Source: Nocardioides daejeonensis
GTDB taxonomy: Bacteria; Actinomycetota; Actinomycetes; Propionibacteriales; Nocardioidaceae
Length of the DNA: 64,000 bases
Assembly (NCBI GenBank): GCA_040393845.1
Contig: JBEBTI010000001.1
Span: forward strand, 658-64,657
Reading direction: 5' to 3'
The number at the start of each line of letters is the position of its first letter. The first letter of the stretch is position 1. Under the pieces are notes generated by a model. The model saw only the letters and a list, made by a program, of their open reading frames with translations. It did no database searches and was not told where the DNA came from. A program made the translations under genes and the position numbers. Positions 1 to 11,571 of the stretch are shown here, piece by piece.

Positions 1-628
1 GACGTTCGCCGTCGAGCACGGCCGGCCCTTCGTGACGTGGAAGTTCGCCACCACCCTCGACGGCCGCAGCGCGGCTGCGGACGGCACCAGTCGCTGGGTC
101 TCCAACGTCGCCGCGCGTCGCGACACCCACCGGATGCGCGCGCTGTGCGACGCGATCCTCGTCGGCACCAACACGGTCGCCGTCGACGACCCTCAGCTCA
201 CCGTGCGAGACGAGGCGGACCAACCGCTTGCACGCCAACCGCTGCGGGTCGTGATGGGGTTGCGCGACCTGCCCGCGACCAGCCGGGTCTTCGACGATGC
301 CGCCGAGACGCTCCTGCTGCGCACCCACGACCCGGCCGAGGCGCTGGCCCGACTGCGCGCCGCTGACCGGCAGCACCTCTTCCTCGAGGGCGGGCCCACC
401 GTCGCGGCTGCCTTCCTCACCGCGGGCCTCGTCGACGAGGTGGTCGTCCACCTCGCTCCGATGCTGCTCGGCACGGGCCGCTCGGCTGTCGCCGACCTGG
501 GCATCGACACCCTCGCCCGAGCGCTGCACCTCCAGATCTCCGACGTCACCGTGCTCCCGGGAGCCGGTGGCGGAGACGACACCAATGTGCGGCTGACCCT
601 GGCCGCTCGCACCAGAGAAGGACGTTGA
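1..628 (+). CDS. ribD: Riboflavin biosynthesis protein RibD, C-terminal reductase domain (5'-truncated by window edge)
   Basis: Frame is open from the window start. Motifs VTWKFATTLDG, DAILVGTNTV..DDPQLT and LFLEGGPTVA; first gene of the rib cluster. Confidence 0.93.
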   Translation, partial: TFAVEHGRPFVTWKFATTLDGRSAAADGTSRWVSNVAARRDTHRMRALCDAILVGTNTVAVDDPQLTVRDEADQPLARQPLRVVMGLRDLPATSRVFDDAAETLLLRTHDPAEALARLRAADRQHLFLEGGPTVAAAFLTAGLVDEVVVHLAPMLLGTGRSAVADLGIDTLARALHLQISDVTVLPGAGGGDDTNVRLTLAARTREGR

Positions 629-630
629 GC

Positions 631-1241
631 ATGTTCACCGGAATCGTCGAGGAGCTCGGCACCGTGGAAGCGGTCGACCAGTTGGGCGACGCCGTCCAGT
701 TGTCGATCCGCACCGACCAGGTCCTGGAGGACGCCACCCTCGGCGACTCCATCGCCGTCAACGGCTGCTGTCTGACCGTGGTGCGTCACGACGGCACCGT
801 CTGGACCGCGGACGTGATGCAGGAGACGCTCGACAAGACGTCGCTGGCCGGTGTCGGCCCAGGCGACCGGGTGAATCTCGAACGGGCGGTCACCGCCGGC
901 ACCCGACTGGGTGGACACATCGTCCAGGGGCACGTGGACGGGGTCGGCACCGTGGTCCGGCGTTCGCCCAGTGAGCACTGGGAGGTCGTCGAGATCGCGC
1001 TGTCTGCCGACCTCGCGCGCTACCTGGTCGACAAGGGCTCGATCACGGTCGACGGCGTCTCGCTGACGGTCGTCGAGGCGGGCGAGGAGTCGTTCACGGT
1101 CAGCCTGATTCCCGAGACTCTCGCGCGCACCACCCTCGGACTGCGCCAGCCGGGAGAGCGGGTCAACCTCGAGGTCGACGTGATTGCCAAGTATGTGGAG
1201 AAGTTGCTGGCGCCACGCCAGCCGCGGACGGAGGAGAGCAA

Positions 1242-1245
<4 letters not shown>
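631..1245 (+). CDS. ribE: Riboflavin synthase (alpha chain)
   Basis: Diagnostic N-terminus MFTGIVEE; [33 protein letters not shown] at 631 preferred (TTG at 625 is an alternative). Confidence 0.96.
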
Positions 1246-2979
<1,734 letters not shown>

Positions 2980-2995
2980 GGCGTGTCCTAGCTGC

Positions 2996-3895
2996 TCACA
3001 TCAGCGCCTCGATCGCGGGGAAGAGTCGTTGCAGCGAGCGCAGGTACGGCGCCACGCTCGGGTGGCGGTACTTCGCGGCGAGCGCACCTTCCCCCGTGGC
3101 CGCACGGGCGAGGGCCCACTCGGCTCGGTTCAGCGCGGTCAGGACTGCGGTGACCCGAGCGCCGAACTCGACCTGGTCGCGGGTCGCCGTGCCCTCGGGG
3201 AGCCCGAGCATGTGGGCATCCACCAGTGGCTGCAGGTCCTCGCGTGCGCTGAGGGCGAAGTAGCCGAGGTCGGAACCGACTGCTCCTCGCCCCAGGGTGC
3301 CCCAGTCGATCGCGACCACGTCGTCGCCGTCGCGGCCGAGCAGGTTGGCCGGCGTCGGGTCGCCGTGCTGCAGCACCTGGGGCAACTGGTCGAGTTGGTC
3401 GAGCAGGCGCGGAGCGCGCTGCCACAGCCGGTCCGCGACGTCCGCGACCGTCGTACGAGCCAGGGTCGGCCAGCCGCCACGACGGGCGACACGAGCCATC
3501 CGGTCACGCAACTGGTCGCGGGCCAGACCGGTCTCGACGACGTCGTTGATGACGAACCGCCCCAGACTCCGGGCCAGCACCAGACCGTTGTTCGCCGCGT
3601 CTTCGACCCACGGCGCGATGATGGTGATTCCTTCGGCGTCCTCGTCGACTGCTGCAGGTCCGCCGCTCCGCACGCCGACCGTGGTCGCCACGTCGCCGCG
3701 GGTCAGCACATCGGCCTCGCGCCGCCAGTGCGCGAAGTGGTGCGGATCGAGAAGCTCACCCGGATCGCCGGGCTGAGGCACGCCGAGGCGTTTCACCACC
3801 ACCGCCTGGTCGCCCAGCACCGCGCGCCACACCCCGACCGTGCACGGGCTCCGTCCTCCGGGGAGCGCGTGCCATCCGGGTTGCGGCTGCCACAT
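2996..3895 (-). CDS. Aminoglycoside/choline phosphotransferase (APH)-like kinase
   Basis: Kinase motifs VVVKR, HGDPTPANLL (HxDxxxxN) and IDWG. Start ATG at 3895 (MWQPQPGW); the longer ORF call runs antisense through the next gene. Confidence 0.8.
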   Translation of the reverse strand: MWQPQPGWHALPGGRSPCTVGVWRAVLGDQAVVVKRLGVPQPGDPGELLDPHHFAHWRREADVLTRGDVATTVGVRSGGPAAVDEDAEGITIIAPWVEDAANNGLVLARSLGRFVINDVVETGLARDQLRDRMARVARRGGWPTLARTTVADVADRLWQRAPRLLDQLDQLPQVLQHGDPTPANLLGRDGDDVVAIDWGTLGRGAVGSDLGYFALSAREDLQPLVDAHMLGLPEGTATRDQVEFGARVTAVLTALNRAEWALARAATGEGALAAKYRHPSVAPYLRSLQRLFPAIEALM

Positions 3896-3997
3896 GGCGG
3901 CATGATTGCACCGCCCGAGCCCGGAAGTCCGGACATTCGTCCCAGCGGGAGCCGCCTGTCGTCCGACCCGCCGGGTGCACGGGGCTACCGTCATCGC

Positions 3998-4624
3998 ATG
4001 GCCGACCACCTGCTGCTGCCTGTGACCCGTCTGGAGCGGTGGACGGACAACTTCGCCGACCGACACGGAACGACGTCGTACGCCGTGGTCGACGGCTGGC
4101 TGCGGGGGAGCGCTGCCGACGGTTCCACGTGCCGGATCGGGCTGCCCTTCGGTGCACGGTACGACGGTGCCCCGGTGCCGACTGACCTGGCCGACTCGGT
4201 GGCACTGCCGGCGACCTGGGGCGTGCTGCTGGTGCGCAAGGGCGGCTTCGCTGTCGCAACCCTCGCCGGCGCGACAACCACGGGGTCGAAGGTGGGTAGC
4301 CGGCACGTCCAGGGACGCACCAAGGCTGGCGGGCAGAGTCAGCAGCGCTTCGCACGGCGCCGCGACAACCAGGCTCGTCAGGCCAACGAAGCAGCTGCGG
4401 ACCACGCGGCGCGGATCCTGCTTGCGGGCGCAGCCCTCGAGGCGCTGGTCACCGGCGGTGACCGGTCGGCGGTCGAGTCCGTCCTCGAGGACCAACGGCT
4501 CTGTCACCTGGCTGCTCGAGTGGTGCCGCCGTGGCTGCCGGTGCCGGACCCGAGGCGGGCGGTGCTCGAGCGGGCGATCGCCGACGCTCAGTGCCTCACC
4601 GTCGAGGTCACCAACGCCGACTGA
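3998..4624 (+). CDS. acVLRF1-family (Vms1-like release factor 1) peptidyl-tRNA hydrolase homologue
   Basis: WGVLLVRKGGFAVA...SKVGSRHVQGRTKAGGQSQQRFARRRDNQA matches the eRF1/Vms1-like catalytic loop. Leaderless -10 TACCGT lies 6 nt before ATG 3998. Confidence 0.85.
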   Translation: MADHLLLPVTRLERWTDNFADRHGTTSYAVVDGWLRGSAADGSTCRIGLPFGARYDGAPVPTDLADSVALPATWGVLLVRKGGFAVATLAGATTTGSKVGSRHVQGRTKAGGQSQQRFARRRDNQARQANEAAADHAARILLAGAALEALVTGGDRSAVESVLEDQRLCHLAARVVPPWLPVPDPRRAVLERAIADAQCLTVEVTNAD

Positions 4625-4647
4625 CGGGCCACCGGCCTTCGCGCCGC

Positions 4648-5589
4648 TCAGCGCCAGATGTCGCAGGCGTCGTAGTCGCCGCTCTCGTAGCCGGTGCGGA
4701 ACCACTCGATCCGCTGCTCGGAGGAGCCGTGGGTCCACTGGGACGGGTCCACCCGACCCTGGCTGACCTTCTGGATGTGGTCGTCCCCGACCGCCTGTGC
4801 GGCGGCGACGGCCTGCTGCAGGTCGGCACGGTTCGGGCCCTCGGCGAAGAGCGGTTCGCCCGAGGCGTCCTCGGTGGTCACTGCAGCCCGGGTCCACAGC
4901 CCGGCGTAGCAGTCGGCCTGGAGTTCCAGTTTCACCGCGTCGCTGTCGGGCCCGCGCTGGGTGCGCACGTTGCCCATCTGGCCGGTGATGTTCTGGATGT
5001 GGTGGCCGTATTCGTGGCCGAGGACGTACCACTCGACGAAGCTGCCGTCCGGTCCCTTGAGTTGGCCCTCCAGGACGTCGTCGAAGAAGCTCGGGTCCAG
5101 GTAGACGCTCATGTCACCTCGGGCCGGGCAGTAGAACGGCCCGACCTCCGAAGTGGCCCGGCCACACCCGGTGTCGACCGATCCACCGAAGGTCACCGTG
5201 GCCGCCGGCACGTAGTCGGTCCGCGCTGTCCGTGGGAGCTCGTCGGCCCAGTAGGACTGGATCGAGTTCACCACCGCCACCCGGCCGCAGTCGTGGTTCT
5301 CGGCTGCGTCCGCTCCGGTCCGGCAGTCGTCGTAGCGGGACGAGTCCATCGTGCCCCGCGCCTGCAGCTGCGTGGTGTCCAGTCCGAGGCTGCCGAGTCC
5401 TCCGCCACCGCCACCGAGGCACTGGGTGACCACGAAGAACACCACGACGATCACCAGCCCGACTCCGCCGCCGGCGCCTGCCCTGCCGGTGGGGATGGGC
5501 AGCCGCATGCCGCCGCCTCCCGAGCCGCCTCCACGACCCGCGTGACGGACCTGACCTGCATCGAGCTTGGCTCTGGGATTGAAGCGCAT
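4648..5589 (-). CDS. Membrane-anchored neutral zinc metallopeptidase (YpfJ/KPN_02809 family)
   Basis: Gly-rich N-terminus plus a TM helix; GPFYCP, HEYGHHIQ zincin motif, ELQADCYAG, THGSSEQR. Confidence 0.9.
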   Translation of the reverse strand: MRFNPRAKLDAGQVRHAGRGGGSGGGGMRLPIPTGRAGAGGGVGLVIVVVFFVVTQCLGGGGGGLGSLGLDTTQLQARGTMDSSRYDDCRTGADAAENHDCGRVAVVNSIQSYWADELPRTARTDYVPAATVTFGGSVDTGCGRATSEVGPFYCPARGDMSVYLDPSFFDDVLEGQLKGPDGSFVEWYVLGHEYGHHIQNITGQMGNVRTQRGPDSDAVKLELQADCYAGLWTRAAVTTEDASGEPLFAEGPNRADLQQAVAAAQAVGDDHIQKVSQGRVDPSQWTHGSSEQRIEWFRTGYESGDYDACDIWR

Positions 5590-5659
5590 CGTCAGCCTTC
5601 CTTGCTGCGCCCGTGCTGGTGCAAGGGTCCGAGTTGGCACACGTAGACTAGCGAGCACG

Positions 5660-7258
5660 ATGATCACCGCCCAGCAACTCGAGGTCAGGGCCGGTGCGCG
5701 GCTCCTCATGGAGAACGTCAACTTCCGGGTCGCCGCTGGCGACAAGGTGGGGTTGGTCGGGCGCAACGGAGCCGGCAAGACGACGCTCACGAAGATCCTC
5801 GCCGGCGAAGCGCTGCCGGCGAGCGGTCAGGTGACCCGCAGCGGCGAGGTCGGCTACCTGCCCCAGGACCCCCGCGCCGGTGACCCGGAGGTGCTGGGGC
5901 GCGACCGGATCCTGTCGGCCCGCGGCCTCGACGACGTCGTACGCCGACTGCGAGAGGCCGAGCAGGAGATGGGCTCGTCCGACCCGGCGGTCGCCGAGCG
6001 CGCGATGAAGCGCTATGCCCGCGCCGACAACGAGCTCCACGCAAACGGCGGGTACGCCGCGGAGTCCGAGGCCGCCACCATCGCCAGCAGTCTCGGCATC
6101 GAGGAGCGGATCCTCGCCCAGCCGTTGCGGACGCTCTCCGGTGGTCAGCGCCGGCGGGTGGAGTTGGCGCGCATCCTCTTCTCCGACGCGGAGACGATGC
6201 TGCTCGACGAGCCGACCAACCATCTCGACGTCGACTCCATCGTGTGGCTGCGCGGATTCCTGCAGAACTACAAGGGCGGGCTGATCGTGATCAGCCACGA
6301 CAACGAACTGCTCGAAGCGACGGTCAACAAGGTGATGCACCTCGACGCCAACCGCGGTGAGATCGACATCTACAACATGGGATGGAAGAACTACCTGACC
6401 CAGCGCGAGACCGACGAGCGCCGCCGCAAGCGCGAGCGTGCCAACGCCGAGTCCAAGGCCAAGACGCTCACCGACCAGGCGAACCGGATGCGGGCCAAGG
6501 CCAGCAAGGCCACGGCCGCCCAGTCGATGCTCAAACGGGCAGAGAAGATGATGTCGGGTCTCGAGGGCGAGCGGCAGGCCGACAAGGTGGCCCGGATCAA
6601 GTTCCCGTCACCGGCGCCGTGCGGCAAGACGCCGATCACGGCACGCGAACTGTCCAAGTCCTATGGTTCGTTGGAAGTCTTCATGGACGTCGACCTGGCC
6701 ATCGACCGGGGCAGCCGGGTGGTGATCCTGGGCTTCAACGGCGCGGGCAAGACGACCATGCTGCGGATCCTCGCCGGCGTCGACCGACCCGACACCGGTG
6801 AGGTGGTCCCGGGCCACGGCCTGAAGGTCGGCTACTACGCCCAGGAGCACGAGACGCTCGACGTGGAGCGCACGGTGCTGGAGAACATGCAGAGCGCCGC
6901 ACCCCAGCTCACCGACACCGAGGCGCGAAGCGTGCTGGGCTCGTTCCTGTTCTCCGGCGACGACGTCCACAAGCCGGCCGGTGTCCTCTCCGGCGGCGAG
7001 AAGACCAGGTTGGCGCTGGCCAGCCTGGTGGTGTCGAGCGCCAACGTGCTGCTCCTCGACGAGCCGACCAACAACCTCGACCCCGCCTCGCGTGAGGAGG
7101 TGCTCGCCGCGATCCGCACCTACGAGGGCGCGATCATCCTCGTCACCCACGACGAGGGCGCGGTCCGCGCACTCGAACCCGACCGGGTGCTGCTGCTTCC
7201 CGACGGCGACGAGGACCTCTGGTCCGAGGACTACGCCGACCTGGTCACGCTGGCCTGA
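5660..7258 (+). CDS. ABC-F family ribosome-associated ATPase
   Basis: Two NBDs (GRNGAGKTT/LSGGQ/LLDEPTNHLD and GFNGAGKTT/LSGGE/LLDEPTNNLD), a charged linker, and no TM segments. Confidence 0.94.
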   Translation: MITAQQLEVRAGARLLMENVNFRVAAGDKVGLVGRNGAGKTTLTKILAGEALPASGQVTRSGEVGYLPQDPRAGDPEVLGRDRILSARGLDDVVRRLREAEQEMGSSDPAVAERAMKRYARADNELHANGGYAAESEAATIASSLGIEERILAQPLRTLSGGQRRRVELARILFSDAETMLLDEPTNHLDVDSIVWLRGFLQNYKGGLIVISHDNELLEATVNKVMHLDANRGEIDIYNMGWKNYLTQRETDERRRKRERANAESKAKTLTDQANRMRAKASKATAAQSMLKRAEKMMSGLEGERQADKVARIKFPSPAPCGKTPITARELSKSYGSLEVFMDVDLAIDRGSRVVILGFNGAGKTTMLRILAGVDRPDTGEVVPGHGLKVGYYAQEHETLDVERTVLENMQSAAPQLTDTEARSVLGSFLFSGDDVHKPAGVLSGGEKTRLALASLVVSSANVLLLDEPTNNLDPASREEVLAAIRTYEGAIILVTHDEGAVRALEPDRVLLLPDGDEDLWSEDYADLVTLA

Positions 7259-7309
7259 TCAGGGTCGCCTGACCTGCTCGGGAGATGCCTGCCGTGGCAT
7301 GCTCGCTCC

Positions 7310-8107
7310 ATGCAGCGACCCGAGTTTGCCCAAGCCGGACTGGACGTCAGCGTCGACGGAGCATTGGCCACGCTGGTCATCGACCGGCCCGAGGTGCGCA
7401 ACGCCCAGCACCCGGCCCTGTGGGCAGCGATGGCGGCTGCACTCGAGTCCTTCGGCGAGGAGATCCGGGTCGTGGTGGTGCGCGGAGCAGGGCACACCTT
7501 CTCCGCGGGCCTCGACCTGTCGTTGCTCGATCCGTCGCGTAGCAATGACCCCGACAGCCTGCTCGCACTCGCCGGCCGTGGCGAACAGGCGATCATCGAC
7601 CAGATCGACGTCTACCAGCGACCCTTCGCGATGCTCGCCAACGAGACCCGCTTCATCTCCGTCGCGGTGGTGGAGGGCTTCGCGATCGGTGCCGGCTTCC
7701 AACTCGCGCTGTGCTGTGACCTCCGGATCGTGGCCTCCGACGCCCGATTCTGCATGAAGGAGCCGGTGCTGGGCCTGGTGCCCGACCTGGTCGGCACCAA
7801 GCCACTGGTCGAGGCGGTCGGCAGGGCGCGGGCCCTGGAGATCTGTGCCACTGCGCGCTGGGTCGACGGGGAGGAGGCCGGCCGGATCGGCCTCGCCCAG
7901 ACCGTGGTCCCGGCCGCGGCGATCGACGACACCCTGGCTGCCACCACGGCAGCGCTGACGGCGCACTCGGCCGCGGCGGTCCGCGAGACCGCGGCGTTGT
8001 TGCAGGAGGCACCCCGTCGCACCGTCGAGGAGCAGCGACTCGCCGAGCGGATCGCCCAGGCCCGTCGGTTCGTCGACATCGTCGGTCAGCGCGGGGCAGA
8101 GAGGTGA
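7310..8107 (+). CDS. Enoyl-CoA hydratase/isomerase family protein
   Basis: IDRPEVRNA, FSAGLDL, AIGAGFQLALCCDLRI, KEPVLGLVPD. Confidence 0.9.
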   Translation: MQRPEFAQAGLDVSVDGALATLVIDRPEVRNAQHPALWAAMAAALESFGEEIRVVVVRGAGHTFSAGLDLSLLDPSRSNDPDSLLALAGRGEQAIIDQIDVYQRPFAMLANETRFISVAVVEGFAIGAGFQLALCCDLRIVASDARFCMKEPVLGLVPDLVGTKPLVEAVGRARALEICATARWVDGEEAGRIGLAQTVVPAAAIDDTLAATTAALTAHSAAAVRETAALLQEAPRRTVEEQRLAERIAQARRFVDIVGQRGAER

Positions 8108-8122
8108 CCGGGCGGTGACTTC

Positions 8123-10015
8123 GTGTCGGGCATGACCGGCATGGGTCCGGCCTTCCGGAACCTTCGCACCGACCGGAGCGTGGTGGCCAACCGCCTCGAG
8201 CGCGGCACCCTCCGACGGGTGCTCGGCTTCGCCGCGCCGCACCGTCGTCTGATCGCCGTGTTCCTGGCGATCACGGTGGTGGATGCGTGCCTGGTGGTGG
8301 TCACGCCGTTGCTCGTGCAGCGGATCGTGGACGACGGCATCCTCACCGGCGACACGGCACTGGTGGCCTGGCTCGCCGGCGCGATGGCCGTCACCGCGGT
8401 CGTCAGTGGCCTGCTCGCCGTCCTGTCGGGCTGGTTCTCCTCCCGGATCGGCGAGGGGCTGATCTATGACCTGCGCACAAAGGTTTTCGGCCACGTGCAG
8501 CGTCAGTCGGTCGCCTTCTTCACCCGGACCCAGACCGGCGCCCTCGTCTCGCGGCTCAACAACGACGTTATCGGCGCGCAACGTGCCTTCACCTCGACCC
8601 TGTCCAGCAGCGTGTCCAACGGCATCTCGGTGGTGGTGGTCGGCATCGCCATGCTCGCGCTCAGCTGGCAGGTCACCCTCGCCTGCTTGGCGTTGTTCCC
8701 GGTGCTCCTGCTCGTCTCGCACTGGGTGAGCAACCGACTGGCCGGCCTGACCCGCGAGCAGATGGACGGCAACGCAGACCTGGGCAACCAGATGACCGAG
8801 CGGTTCAACGTCGGTGGCGCGATGCTGCTCAAGCTCTTCGGACGCCGGGAGGTCGAGGATCGCGAGTTCGCCGTACGCGCCGCCCGGGTGCGCGACCTCG
8901 GCGTGCGCATCTCGCTCGTCACGCGGATCTTCACCGCCGCGATGATGACCGTGCCTGCGCTGGCCACCGCGCTGGTCTACGGCGTGGGTGGGGCGATGGC
9001 GATCCAGCAGGACCTGACGGTGGGGACGGTCCTCGCACTGGCCACCCTGCTGCTCCGACTGCTCGGGCCGTTGCAGGGGTTGTCCAACATCCGCATCGAT
9101 GTGATGACCGCACTGGTCAGCTTCGAGCGGGTCTTCGAGGTGCTCGACCTGGACCCGCTGGTGCAGGAGTCGCCGACCGCCCGCGCGGTGCCGGCCGGCC
9201 CGCTGCGGGTCGCCTTCGACCGGGTCGGGTTCAGCTATCCCGCAGGTGACGACATCTCGCTGGCCTCCCTCGAGGTCGCCCGCCAGACATCCGGAACCGC
9301 GGACGTCGCGGTGCTCGACGACGTCAGCTTCGTCGTCGAGCCGGGGGAGATGGTGGCCCTGGTCGGGCCGTCCGGCGCCGGCAAGAGCACCGTCACCCAT
9401 CTGGTCGCCCGCTTGTACGACGTCACGTCCGGCAGCGTGCGGGTCGGTGCCGACGACGTCCGCGACCTGCAGCTCGAATCGCTCGAGGACGCGGTCGGCT
9501 ACGTCACCCAGGACGCCCACATGTTCCACGACACGATCGCCGCCAACCTGCGCTATGCGCGGCCCGCAGCCAGCGACACCGAGATCTGGCAGGCGCTCGA
9601 CGACGCCCGGGTCGCCGACCTGGTCCGCGCGCTCCCGGACGGTCTCGACACGGTCGTCGGCGACCGTGGTTACCGGCTCAGCGGTGGCGAACGTCAACGG
9701 TTGGCGATCGCGCGGCTGCTGCTGAAGGCACCTTCGGTCGTGGTGCTCGACGAGGCGACCGCGCACCTGGACTCCGAGTCGGAGGTGGCCGTGCAGGCCG
9801 CACTCGAGCGTGCCCTGGTCGGGCGCACCTCGATCGTGATCGCGCACCGGCTCTCCACGGTCCGCAACGCCGACCAGATCCTCGTGCTCGACCGTGGTCG
9901 GGTCGTCGAGCGTGGCACCCACACCAGCCTGCTCGAGGCCGGGGGCCTGTACGCCGAGTTGCACCGCACCCAGTTCAGCCAACGACCTGCCCACGCGCTG
10001 ACCACGGAGGACTGA
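8123..10015 (+). CDS. ABC exporter, fused TMD and NBD
   Basis: About 6 TM helices followed by GPSGAGKST, LSGGERQRL, LDEATAHLD, IAHRLST. Confidence 0.93.
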   Translation: MSGMTGMGPAFRNLRTDRSVVANRLERGTLRRVLGFAAPHRRLIAVFLAITVVDACLVVVTPLLVQRIVDDGILTGDTALVAWLAGAMAVTAVVSGLLAVLSGWFSSRIGEGLIYDLRTKVFGHVQRQSVAFFTRTQTGALVSRLNNDVIGAQRAFTSTLSSSVSNGISVVVVGIAMLALSWQVTLACLALFPVLLLVSHWVSNRLAGLTREQMDGNADLGNQMTERFNVGGAMLLKLFGRREVEDREFAVRAARVRDLGVRISLVTRIFTAAMMTVPALATALVYGVGGAMAIQQDLTVGTVLALATLLLRLLGPLQGLSNIRIDVMTALVSFERVFEVLDLDPLVQESPTARAVPAGPLRVAFDRVGFSYPAGDDISLASLEVARQTSGTADVAVLDDVSFVVEPGEMVALVGPSGAGKSTVTHLVARLYDVTSGSVRVGADDVRDLQLESLEDAVGYVTQDAHMFHDTIAANLRYARPAASDTEIWQALDDARVADLVRALPDGLDTVVGDRGYRLSGGERQRLAIARLLLKAPSVVVLDEATAHLDSESEVAVQAALERALVGRTSIVIAHRLSTVRNADQILVLDRGRVVERGTHTSLLEAGGLYAELHRTQFSQRPAHALTTED

Positions 10016-10016
10016 G

Positions 10017-10772
10017 ATGGACCTGGACCTTGCCGGACGTGCCTACCTCGTGACCGGTGGCTCCGGCGGACTCGGGCGGGCCACTGCCGAGTGCCTCGTT
10101 GCGGACGGTGCGCACGTGCTGATCTCCGGACGCACCGAGGCGTCGCTGCGTCGTACCGCCTCGGAGCTGGGTGAACGGGCCACCTGGTCGGTGGCGGACA
10201 ACGCCGATCCTGCCGCGGCTGCCCGACTCGTCGACTCGGTGGTCACCGACCGGGGCAGACTCGACGGCGTCCTCGTCTCCGTCGGCGGTCCACCGCCGGG
10301 CACCGTCACGCAGGCGAGTGACGAGCAGTGGCGCGGCGCCTTCGAGTCGGTGTTCCTCGGTGCGGTCCGCCTTGCCCGGACCGCAGCAGCGGCGATGGAG
10401 CCGGGCGCCTCGATCACGTTCGTCCTCTCCACGTCGGTGAAGGTGCCGGTGTCCGGGTTGGCGATCTCCAACGGACTGCGTCCGGGGCTGGCCATGGTGG
10501 CCAAGGACCTCGCCCACGAGCTGGGCCCCCGGGGGATCCGGGTCAACGCGTTGCTCCCGGGACGGCTGGCGACCGATCGCGTGGCCCAACTCGATGCGGC
10601 CACCGGCGACGCAGCCGGCTCGCGCAGTCGGGCGGAGCAGGCGATCCCGCTGGGACGCTACGGACAGCCGGAAGAGTTCGGCCGGGCGGCCGCATTCCTC
10701 ATGTCACCGGCCGCGTCCTACCTCAACGGTCTCGTCCTCCCCGTCGACGGGGGGCTCCTGCCCAGTCTGTGA
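10017..10772 (+). CDS. SDR family oxidoreductase (atypical, no YxxxK)
   Basis: VTGGSGGLG, LAISNGLRPGL, IRVNALLPG, IPLGRYG. Confidence 0.88.
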   Translation: MDLDLAGRAYLVTGGSGGLGRATAECLVADGAHVLISGRTEASLRRTASELGERATWSVADNADPAAAARLVDSVVTDRGRLDGVLVSVGGPPPGTVTQASDEQWRGAFESVFLGAVRLARTAAAAMEPGASITFVLSTSVKVPVSGLAISNGLRPGLAMVAKDLAHELGPRGIRVNALLPGRLATDRVAQLDAATGDAAGSRSRAEQAIPLGRYGQPEEFGRAAAFLMSPAASYLNGLVLPVDGGLLPSL

Positions 10773-11492
10773 TGCGGGCCGCTCGCGCCACTCGTCGTAC
10801 GCCATCCAGACGAAGCCGACCACCGCGAGCAGGCCGAAGAACCACCACTGGAGGCCGTAGAAGAAGTGCGGACCGTCGCTCTGGTCGGGAAGTTCCACCG
10901 GCTCGAGCGCGGTGTCCGGCGCAGGGTTCTCGGACTTCAGGTCTGCGAATCCCCGGTAGGTGGTCAGCCCGGTGGCCGCGGCGATCTCCTGGCTGTTGAT
11001 GGACCGGGTCGAGTGGTCACTCACGTGGGTCGAGTCGCCGGCGGCGTCCTGGCGCACCCACGCGGTGACAGTCACCACGCCCGTGGGCGGGGCCGGGACG
11101 TCCTCGGGCCGGGCCCCCCGGTTCTCGGTGGCCAGCCAGCCGCGGTCGACGACGAGGGCGGTCCCGTCCGAGGTGACCAGCGGCACCACGACGTCCACGC
11201 CGGGAGCGCCGTCGCGGGTGCGGTAGCGCACGATGACCGTGTTGGCCACGTCGTAGGTGCCGGTGGCCGTGACGGTGCGCCACTGGAGCTCGTCGGACGG
11301 GCCCCGGTCGGTGCGCAGCAGGTCCTCGACCGCAGTGGCCGGGGCCTCGATGTTGCGCTCGATGATCGCGTTGCGCTCGTGGCGTTCGTCCAGACGGTGG
11401 AACTGCCACTGACCGAGGATCCACGCCAACCAGGAGAGCAGTCCCACGACGAGGAGGAAGATGATCCACCGGCGGCTGAGCAGGAACTTCAT
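10704..11492 (-). CDS. SURF1-family protein (cytochrome oxidase biogenesis)
   Basis: N-terminal TM plus LGQWQFHRL, VDRGW, H..YGLQWWFF plus a C-terminal TM. The 3' end overlaps the SDR by 69 bp. Confidence 0.9.
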   Translation of the reverse strand: MKFLLSRRWIIFLLVVGLLSWLAWILGQWQFHRLDERHERNAIIERNIEAPATAVEDLLRTDRGPSDELQWRTVTATGTYDVANTVIVRYRTRDGAPGVDVVVPLVTSDGTALVVDRGWLATENRGARPEDVPAPPTGVVTVTAWVRQDAAGDSTHVSDHSTRSINSQEIAAATGLTTYRGFADLKSENPAPDTALEPVELPDQSDGPHFFYGLQWWFFGLLAVVGFVWMAYDEWRERPASQTGQEPPVDGEDETVEVGRGR

Positions 11493-11571
11493 GGATCGCA
11501 CCTGACCGAGGGTAGCCGCGCGGACCAGTGAAACCGGCCCCGGGTCGGGGTCGGGCACGTAGACTCTCCGC

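Noticed and set aside
2996-3895. APH-like kinase as an aminoglycoside resistance gene
   Set aside because: Only generic kinase-fold motifs are visible and there is no mobile context; the substrate cannot be assigned.
5590-5659. Attenuator or uORF upstream of the ABC-F, as in antibiotic-resistance ABC-Fs
   Set aside because: The 70-bp divergent gap has a -10 (TAGACT) only 10 nt before the ATG, leaving no leader. The gene looks like a housekeeping ABC-F.
11493-11571. Possible Moco riboswitch before moaA
   Set aside because: The -10 box is 6 nt from the ATG (leaderless), so no leader RNA is possible.
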